Source: Methanopyrus kandleri AV19 (GTDB taxonomy: Archaea; JAADCQ01; Methanopyri; Methanopyrales; Methanopyraceae). Taken from it: 32,000 nucleotides of DNA. The stretch lies in the NCBI RefSeq assembly GCF_000007185.1, contig NC_003551.1:150001-182000 (forward strand), read 5' to 3'. Positions 25,788 to 32,000 of the stretch are shown here, in pieces (the first letter of the stretch is position 1; each line of letters begins with the position of its first letter). The translations under genes were made by a program, and so were the position numbers. Below the pieces are notes generated by a model. That model was not told the DNA's origin, made no database searches, and saw only the letters and a list, made by a program, of their open reading frames with translations.

Positions 25788-26476
25788 GGTTCACCGAAGC
25801 ACTGGAGTGGTCGCTGACGGCTGAGACCGTGCTCCACCGTATACACCCATGGTCGAAGTTAGTCGGGCTGATGACCACGATCTTCGCCTCGATGTTACTG
25901 TACGATCCCGAGAGCATCGCCATCCTGTCGATACCGTACCTAATCGGGTGCATCTTAGCCCGCGTTCCCGTCCGGATCCTAGCGCGGTTGTCGATACCGC
26001 CGATGGCGTTCTTGGGCGCGGTCCTGCTCCTGATGTTGCCCTCGGGCGTCCCGGGCCGCGAGGTGTTGCTGTACGCCGTTCGGGGCGCGACCGATCTCTT
26101 AGCCGTGCTCGTGACGACGCTGACGACGCCCTTCAACGCGCTGTGGTCGGCCCTCGTCGTGGTGTTCCCACCCACGCTGGCGGAGACCGGTCTCATCTTC
26201 CATCGCTCGGTGTACCGGGCGTTCGAAGAGTTGGAGGGAACGTTGAACGCGATCCGGATCCGGGGATGGAGGCTCAGGTCGATCAACGTTCTGGGATCCG
26301 TTATCGCGACTCTCTTGATTCGAAGCCACCGGAGCGCGGAACTCGTGCAGGTAAGCGTGGAGGTACGCGGGGCGACGGGTAGGGTGCGACCGTTGAAAAG
26401 ATTCGAGTTCACGCGGATAGACTTCGGATGGTTGACCATGGTGTTTTGCTCCGTGGCGTTATCGGGGGTGGTCTGA
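25784..26476 (+). CDS. cbiQ: ECF transporter transmembrane component CbiQ
   Basis: HRIHPWSKLVGLM, AIRIRGWRLR coupling helix, membrane topology, 4-bp overlap with cbiM. Confidence 0.85.
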   Translation: MRFTEALEWSLTAETVLHRIHPWSKLVGLMTTIFASMLLYDPESIAILSIPYLIGCILARVPVRILARLSIPPMAFLGAVLLLMLPSGVPGREVLLYAVRGATDLLAVLVTTLTTPFNALWSALVVVFPPTLAETGLIFHRSVYRAFEELEGTLNAIRIRGWRLRSINVLGSVIATLLIRSHRSAELVQVSVEVRGATGRVRPLKRFEFTRIDFGWLTMVFCSVALSGVV

Positions 26477-26504
26477 AATCGGGTATGCCGTTAAGATCAA
26501 ATGC

Positions 26505-27311
26505 TTGACTCACGAGTATCCCGACGGCACTTGTGCTGTGTGCGGGTTGAGTCTACGAGTGAAAGAAGGTGAGTCCGTGGTTGTACTCGGACCGAACGGT
26601 TCTGGGAAGACCACTTTACTGCACCACATTCTCGGTCTGTTGACCCCCACCAAGGGACACATCCGGGTCCTAGGTCACGACTTGCCGGACGGAGTACGGG
26701 AAGTTCGGAAGCGTATAGGCGTGGTCTTCCAGGACGTCGACGACCAGCTCATCATGCCGACCGTATTGGAGGATGTGGCCTTCGGGCTAGTAAACCGCGG
26801 CATGCCGCGAGAAGAGGCGTTCGAGCGAGCCCGTGAGATCCTGGAACGGTTAGGCATTGAAGATCTGGAGGATCGGCCGCCGCAGTTCCTCAGCGGCGGA
26901 CAGAAGAGGTTGGTAGCCTTGGCGGGGGCCGTAGCTCCGGAGCCCGACCTCCTGATTCTCGACGAGCCCACCTCAGGACTCGACTTCCGCGCCACCAGAC
27001 TGTTCGTGCGACTCATCAGGGAGCTCAAGGAAGAGCTGGGGTTCACGATGATACTGACGACGTTCGACGTGGACATCGCGGCGGCGTTGGCGGAGCGCGT
27101 CGTGGTGATCCGAGAGGGGAAGACCGTGGCCGAAGGGTCTCCGGAAGACATCCTCACGGACGTCGACCTGATAAGAGAATCCGGGCTGAAACCCCCGGAG
27201 CACGTGGAACTACTCCGAAGGCTAGGAATCGAGAATCCACCGCTCGACATAAGCGAGGCGGAGGAGCTTCTGGTGGCCATGCTGGGGGAGGAGAGCCGTG
27301 GAAACCCGTAA
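26505..27311 (+). CDS. cbiO: ECF transporter ATP-binding protein CbiO
   Basis: Walker A GPNGSGKTT, Q-loop VFQDVDDQLIMPTVLEDVAFG, signature LSGGQKRLVALAGA, Walker B LLILDEPTSGLD. Confidence 0.95.
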   Translation: MTHEYPDGTCAVCGLSLRVKEGESVVVLGPNGSGKTTLLHHILGLLTPTKGHIRVLGHDLPDGVREVRKRIGVVFQDVDDQLIMPTVLEDVAFGLVNRGMPREEAFERAREILERLGIEDLEDRPPQFLSGGQKRLVALAGAVAPEPDLLILDEPTSGLDFRATRLFVRLIRELKEELGFTMILTTFDVDIAAALAERVVVIREGKTVAEGSPEDILTDVDLIRESGLKPPEHVELLRRLGIENPPLDISEAEELLVAMLGEESRGNP

Positions 27312-27972
27312 GCTACGGCACCCCGAGGTCGACCTGGAGGGTGAGGTGGTCCTGTTACCTGTCGGGAGCACCGAGCAACACGGTCTACACTTACCCTTGG
27401 GCACCGATCACCTCATCGCGGAGGCGCTCTGCCGGGAGGTGTCGAAGCGGACCGGAGCACCCTGGTACCCGGCGATACCCTACGGTGTATCGCGCCACCA
27501 CATGGGGTTCCCGGGTACGGTGTCGTTGAGAACGAAGACCATGGTCGCACTGCTCACGGACGTACACAGGTCGTTCCTACATCACGGGGCCGCGGCCACC
27601 TTAGCCGTCAACGGACACGGAGGAAACGAAGCCGCGTTAGGCACCGTCGCCGAGGAGGAAGAACGGTTTCATTGGATCAGTTGGTGGAAGTTAGCCCCGA
27701 TCGACGAGCTCGAGACCGACTGGGGAGGTCATGCGGACGAGCTGGAGACCTCGGTGATGCTGTACTTGCACCCGGAGCTGGTAGGAGAGGAGCGTAAAGT
27801 CGACGGGAGACCGACGAAGCCTTGGGAGTTCCCGGACTATCACGAGATCTCGGAAACCGGAACGAAGGGAGACCCACGTCCCGCCACGGCGGACAAGGGG
27901 AAGAGAATCTTCAAGACCGTCGTCGAGCGGCTGGTGGATATTGTGGAGGAACTAAGGGAAATGTACGGGTGA
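27298..27972 (+). CDS. arfB: Creatininase family; likely ArfB (FAPy deformylase of archaeal flavin/F420 synthesis)
   Basis: LLPVGSTEQHGLHLPLGTDHLIAE, NGHGGNEAAL, GGHADELETS. Confidence 0.82.
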   Translation: METRKLRHPEVDLEGEVVLLPVGSTEQHGLHLPLGTDHLIAEALCREVSKRTGAPWYPAIPYGVSRHHMGFPGTVSLRTKTMVALLTDVHRSFLHHGAAATLAVNGHGGNEAALGTVAEEEERFHWISWWKLAPIDELETDWGGHADELETSVMLYLHPELVGEERKVDGRPTKPWEFPDYHEISETGTKGDPRPATADKGKRIFKTVVERLVDIVEELREMYG

Positions 27973-28136
27973 TTTGGCCCGACCTCACGTTGGGGACTGC
28001 GCGGATCACCGGAACCACTTCAGGCACCCATAATGTCCGAGCGGTACGCGACCGTCTCTGGGCCGGCCTGATGCTGTGCACTAACCGACGTCCCGTGATC
28101 GCACTGGCTTATGTGGAGGCGCTGAAGGTGCTGTAA
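27969..28136 (+). CDS. Small hypothetical ORF, 55 aa
   Basis: GTG overlapping the arfB stop; VIWPDLTLGTARITGTTSGTHNVRAVRDRLWAGLMLCTNRRPVIALAYVEALKVL. Confidence 0.35.
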   Translation: MIWPDLTLGTARITGTTSGTHNVRAVRDRLWAGLMLCTNRRPVIALAYVEALKVL

Positions 28137-28175
28137 TGAATCGAAGACGCCGAAAGATATCGCGGAGGAGTTCCG

Positions 28176-28400
28176 ATGATTAGGAGTCTCAGGACGCTCA
28201 AGCGGGCCGTGGTCGTGAACCCGTTGAACCCGCAATCCCTACGTGTTCTGGCTGTGGAGGTCGCAAGTGACGTCGTCACTGCAATGGCGTTCTCCGTAAG
28301 GTTCTCGCTACTGTGGATTCAGTGCGCTCCTCATGGACGGGATGACGCTGTCGAAGGAGCGGCCGGTTATGGGGAGAGTCTCAAGGGCCGTTACTGGTAG
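28176..28400 (+). CDS. Small hypothetical ORF, 74 aa, same frame as the preceding ORF
   Basis: ATG after CGGAGGAG; MIRSLRTLKRAVVVNPLNPQSLRVLAVEVASDVVTAMAF... Confidence 0.4.
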   Translation: MIRSLRTLKRAVVVNPLNPQSLRVLAVEVASDVVTAMAFSVRFSLLWIQCAPHGRDDAVEGAAGYGESLKGRYW

Positions 28401-28460
28401 CCGCCGTCCATCTCGCTCTCACGGCATCGTTATCGGGCAAATAACGTTTCCCGCGTGGCG

Positions 28461-28778
28461 CTAAGCGAGCCGCTGGGATACCCGCTCGTAGAGTTCTTGG
28501 ACGCGTTCCTGAGCCTCCTCGTCTAGCTTCAACTCCGCGAGTTTTTTCGTCCGTTCCCACCCGGGGTACTTCGACGTGCCGAGCCTGCGAGACCTTCGGA
28601 GGGTGTACACCACGACCTCCACCGTACCGTCCTCGCCCTCCTCGGTGACGACCTCGTACCGACCTCCGGTGTGCACGATCCCTTGCATCTGCTTGATAAC
28701 GGCCGCCACGTCGTCCGGTAGCTCCTCCAGTTCCTCCTTCCGGGCGTACTTAGCGAGCACGTCGAACGCTTCCTCCAA
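28461..28778 (-). CDS. Hypothetical protein, 105 aa
   Basis: Charged, helix-rich ORF with GC-archaeon-like composition, divergent from rnhB. Confidence 0.6.
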   Translation of the reverse strand: MEEAFDVLAKYARKEELEELPDDVAAVIKQMQGIVHTGGRYEVVTEEGEDGTVEVVVYTLRRSRRLGTSKYPGWERTKKLAELKLDEEAQERVQELYERVSQRLA

Positions 28779-28821
28779 CCCTCTTCCACCCCCGCTGGAG
28801 CGAAGCTTAGGGGTTCAAAAG

Positions 28822-29454
28822 ATGAGCGGTGTAATGGGTATCGATGAAGCCGGACGTGGACCCGTGTTCGGCCCTATGGTCGTGGCCGGTGTACTGGCTC
28901 CGAAGCGGGAGCTCGGCCTAGGCGCGAGAGATTCGAAGGAACTCACACGGAGTGCGCGTCGTAGACTGATCCGCGCGTTGATGTCGGACGAGCGATTAAG
29001 GGTGGACCTGAGGATAGTGTGGCCGTGGGAGATAGACGAAGAGGGCGTGGCGAAGGCGGAGTTCGAAGCTATCAGGGAGCTAGTACGCCGTGCTATGCCC
29101 GACGAGGTAATCCTGGACAAACCGGGAAACTACTCACCCGAGCGACTGCGAAGGGAGCTCGACTTGCCCGAAGGAATCAACCTAATCGCTGAAGAGAGGG
29201 CGGACGCGAAGTACGAAGTAGTTTCAGCGGCCTCGATCGTAGCCAAGACGTACCGTGACTGGATAGTAAGGCTCCTGGAGCTGGAATACGGAGAGGTCGG
29301 GTCGGGGTACCCTTCGGACCCCCGTACCGTAGATCGCCTTCGTCGGGAACTACGTCGGGGTGGTGAGTTGCTGAAGTACTTCAGACGGTCGTGGGAGACG
29401 TACAAGCGCGTTGAGAGTGAAGTGAAGCAGCGAAAGCTCGAGGACTTCTTCTGA
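28822..29454 (+). CDS. rnhB: Ribonuclease HII
   Basis: MSGVMGIDEAGRGPVFGPMVVAG, DSKELT, AEERADAKYEVVSAASIVAKTYRD, GSGYPSDP. Confidence 0.95.
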   Translation: MSGVMGIDEAGRGPVFGPMVVAGVLAPKRELGLGARDSKELTRSARRRLIRALMSDERLRVDLRIVWPWEIDEEGVAKAEFEAIRELVRRAMPDEVILDKPGNYSPERLRRELDLPEGINLIAEERADAKYEVVSAASIVAKTYRDWIVRLLELEYGEVGSGYPSDPRTVDRLRRELRRGGELLKYFRRSWETYKRVESEVKQRKLEDFF

Positions 29455-29475
29455 GCGCGCGGAGGGGGGTTAAGA

Positions 29476-30135
29476 CTGCGAATAGCAGGCCTGAGACCCG
29501 TGAGCTGCTCCGATGGCTTACCCGGTGAAGTGTGTGCGGTCCTTTGGACTCAAGGATGTCCGCTACGATGTCCATGGTGCCACAACCCGGAGACCCGCGA
29601 TCCGAACGGGGGAAAGAAGGCCGATGTCGAGACCATCTTACGGGACGTGGAGAAGTACGCCGTTTACCTGGACGCACTGATAGTGAGCGGAGGAGAACCA
29701 CTCCTGCAGCCGTGCGAGGAGCTGAAAGCGCTGGCACGTGGTGCTCGGGGCTTGGGTCTCAAGGTCGTCTTGGATACCTCCGGGTTCCCCCCGGATCGCC
29801 TCGGGAAGGTCATCTCGAGCTTCGACAGGGTAGCGCTGGACCTGAAAGCGCCTCTACGCGATGACGAGTACATGGAAGCGACTGGCGGCGGCATGACGGC
29901 TTCGGACTTCCTGAAAGCGGCCCGGATAGCACGCCGGCGATGTGACCTGGAACTGCGGATCACGGTGCATCCGTGGCTTGACGACGTGCCGAGGGTCGTG
30001 GAGGCAGTCCGGAAGGCGTCCCCCGACGTGGTGGTCGTTCAGCGATACGTCGGGGACAAGGAGGTCGGGATCGACCCCGAAGAACTCGCCGAGAAGCTCC
30101 GAGAGAGTTGTGAGAATGTCGTGGTACGGGTGTGA
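29476..30135 (+). CDS. nrdG: Anaerobic ribonucleotide reductase activating protein-like radical SAM protein; probable CTG start
   Basis: TQGCPLRCPWCHNPETRD (CxxxCxxC), VSGGEPLLQP. From CTG 29476 it reads (M)RIAGLRPVSCSDGLPGEVCAVLWTQGC, matching the family N-terminus; GGAGGGGGG RBS 6 nt upstream. Confidence 0.85.
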   Translation: MRIAGLRPVSCSDGLPGEVCAVLWTQGCPLRCPWCHNPETRDPNGGKKADVETILRDVEKYAVYLDALIVSGGEPLLQPCEELKALARGARGLGLKVVLDTSGFPPDRLGKVISSFDRVALDLKAPLRDDEYMEATGGGMTASDFLKAARIARRRCDLELRITVHPWLDDVPRVVEAVRKASPDVVVVQRYVGDKEVGIDPEELAEKLRESCENVVVRV

Positions 30136-30141
30136 TTATGT

Positions 30142-31521
30142 TTGAACGTTGCATTCGAAGTTAAGGATCGGGACGTGGCGGGCAGGCTCGGGCGTCTCGA
30201 GGTCAATGGCAGGAGACTGAAGACGCCCGCCCTGTTGCCCGTGGTTAACCCCAACAAACCCACCTTGGATCCACGGGAGATCTCCAAGCTAGGTTTCGAC
30301 GGGGTGATCACGAACGCCTACATTATCCGGAAGCACGAGCACCTACGCGAGCAGGCGCTCGAGGAAGGCGTCCATGGGCTCCTTGGGTTCGACGGGTTCG
30401 TGATGACGGATTCCGGCTCGTTCCAGCTGGCGGAGTACGGCGATGTCGAAGTATCCAACGAAGAGATCGTGCGGTTCCAAGCGAAGATCGGGTCAGATGT
30501 GGGCACTATCCTCGACGTGCCGACGCCACCCGACGCTCCGAGGTCCAGGGTCGAACGTGACCTCGAGACCACACTGAAAAGGGCTCGCGAAGCGGTGGAG
30601 CTCGACGAACACCCTCCGTTAGCTCTCACCGTCCAAGGGTCCACGTACGAGGACCTTCGGAGACTGTGCGCAGAGAAACTGGCGGAGCTGCCGGCGGCGG
30701 TGTATCCCGTGGGAGGCGTCGTACCGCTGCTGGAGGAGTACCGGTTCGTAGACGTGGTACGAGTGGTCCTAGCCGCGAAGTCCTCGCTGCCTCCACATCG
30801 CCCTGTACACCTCTTCGGTTGCGGGCATCCGCTGGCGATTCCACTCGCCGTCGCGATGGGGTGCGATCTGTTCGACTCCGCATCTTACGCTATCTACGCC
30901 AGATCGGACCGGTACATGTCCATCCTAGGTACTCTGAAGTTAGAGGAGCTGGAGACCTTCCCGTGTTCCTGCCCAGCGTGTACACGACACGATCCGGACG
31001 ACGTCCGCGAGATGGAGCCGCGAGAACGTACCCGAGTGTTGGCTACGCATAACCTCTACGAGTTGCGCAGGGTGATAGAGACCACGAGGCAGGCTATAGT
31101 GTCGGGAGAGCTATGGGAGTTGGCCGAATCGGTATGCCGAGCACATCCGCGTGCTTGGGCAGGGATGGTGGAGTTAGCGCGACGTGGAGGAGAACTGGAA
31201 CGATGGTGTCCGGCCGTAAAGCGTAGCGTGTTCGTATGCGATGAGGTCTCGAAGGGACGTCCCGAGCTACGTCTCTACCGTCGACGGCTCCGGGACAGGT
31301 TCGGCGAGCTCTCGGGGCGTAAAGTGGTGAAAGGGATAAGCAGACCCTACGCAGAGATCGTCGAGTGGTTAGAACCATGGGAGCTGGCGTTCGCCGACGA
31401 GTGGTTAGGAGTGGTACCCGGAGAACTGTCATGGTCGTACCCTTGCCACTGCCTCGTGGAGCCTAGCGGGGATGATGAGGGTGAGGACCGACGGAGGGGT
31501 GAAGAGGGTCGCAGGCGCTGA
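30142..31521 (+). CDS. tgtA: Archaeosine tRNA-guanine transglycosylase
   Basis: LLPVVNPNKPTLDPREI, MTDSGSFQLAEYGDVEVS, VHLFGCGHPLAIPLAVAMGCDLFDSASYAIYARSDRYM, Zn site CSCPAC. Confidence 0.93.
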   Translation: MNVAFEVKDRDVAGRLGRLEVNGRRLKTPALLPVVNPNKPTLDPREISKLGFDGVITNAYIIRKHEHLREQALEEGVHGLLGFDGFVMTDSGSFQLAEYGDVEVSNEEIVRFQAKIGSDVGTILDVPTPPDAPRSRVERDLETTLKRAREAVELDEHPPLALTVQGSTYEDLRRLCAEKLAELPAAVYPVGGVVPLLEEYRFVDVVRVVLAAKSSLPPHRPVHLFGCGHPLAIPLAVAMGCDLFDSASYAIYARSDRYMSILGTLKLEELETFPCSCPACTRHDPDDVREMEPRERTRVLATHNLYELRRVIETTRQAIVSGELWELAESVCRAHPRAWAGMVELARRGGELERWCPAVKRSVFVCDEVSKGRPELRLYRRRLRDRFGELSGRKVVKGISRPYAEIVEWLEPWELAFADEWLGVVPGELSWSYPCHCLVEPSGDDEGEDRRRGEEGRRR

Positions 31522-32000
31522 GTTCGTCCTTTATAAGGAAGGGGGATCGGAGTTTTACGTGCCGGACCCGGAACGTTACTCTCAGGATGGCCTTCCCACC
31601 CGTGATGCACCGGTAGCGTTCGCACCGAACGCCGCCGTGAACAGGTCCGTACTCGTCCTGTTCCACCGAGTACGTCCTGTGAGGAGGTTCGGAGACGTGT
31701 TCTGTGGTGTCGGCGCCAGGGCCATCCGCCTTCATATTGAAGCCGAGGTGGAGTGGTCCGTACTATCCGATGTGAACCCCATTGCGTGTCAAATCGCAAT
31801 GATCAACGTCCGGAGACTCGGACTACCATCGGAGGTTAGGTGTATGGATGCCGTCGCCGCACTTTCTACCTTCGACTTCGATGCCGTCGACTTGGACGTG
31901 TTCGGGACCCCGATACCGTTCGCCCAAGCCGCGTTTCGGTGCGTACGCGACGGTTACGTGCACGTCACCGCCACAGACCTCGAATCGCTGTATACCCCGG
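31472..32000 (+). CDS. Partial CDS (runs off right edge): Trm1-like methyltransferase paralog with atypical DVFG motif
   Basis: MMRVRTDGGVKRVAGAEFVLYKEGGSEFYVP...FGDVFCGVGARAIRLHIEAEVEWSVLSDVNPIACQIAMINVRRLGLPSEVRCMDA...FDAVDLDVFGTPIPFAQAAFRCVRDGYVHVTATDLESLYTP. Start may be ATG 31472/31475 or GTG 31499. Confidence 0.8.
   Translation, partial: MMRVRTDGGVKRVAGAEFVLYKEGGSEFYVPDPERYSQDGLPTRDAPVAFAPNAAVNRSVLVLFHRVRPVRRFGDVFCGVGARAIRLHIEAEVEWSVLSDVNPIACQIAMINVRRLGLPSEVRCMDAVAALSTFDFDAVDLDVFGTPIPFAQAAFRCVRDGYVHVTATDLESLYTP

Noticed and set aside
28576-28821. N-terminal 82 aa of the 292-aa RNase HII ORF
   Set aside because: The Ser/Pro-rich extension is antisense to the 105-aa gene; the conserved RNase HII N-terminus begins at ATG 28822.
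1-32000. Mobile elements, transposases, integrases, CRISPR arrays, restriction-modification or classical defense genes
   Set aside because: None were recognised in the ORF translations, and no direct repeat-spacer pattern was seen by eye.

Overview
The window is GC-rich (AT-richer near 13.7-14.8 kb), densely packed archaeal chromosome. Gene content points to a hyperthermophilic methanogen, most likely Methanopyrus kandleri (inference from gene content, no database search run). I support about 35 CDSs: information processing (GlyRS, Trm1, L35Ae, RNase HII, archaeosine TGT), phospholipid synthesis (archaetidylserine synthase and decarboxylase plus a PmtA-like methyltransferase), a sortase cluster, an Era-like GTPase/DUF2073/Zn-ribbon/MreB cluster, a [NiFe] hydrogenase locus, and a CbiM-CbiQ-CbiO metal importer. 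There is one tRNA gene, tRNA-Gln(TTG). The strongest item missing from the ORF track is a 42-codon selenoprotein gene (VhuU, split C-terminus of the hydrogenase large subunit). It has an in-frame TGA at 22791-22789 and a near-ideal archaeal SECIS hairpin at 22704-22673, both on the minus strand. Several genes appear to lack any ATG/GTG/TTG start at the N-terminus expected from coding potential or family homology (CbiM, NrdG-like, THUMP-like methyltransferase, post-DtxR gene). This suggests recurring non-canonical initiation (ATT/CTG) or a frameshift in one case. Other leads are a sortase/DUF515-like/Gly-Ala stalk protein cluster, two Trm1-like paralogs with different motif IV, and a candidate C/D-box sRNA.
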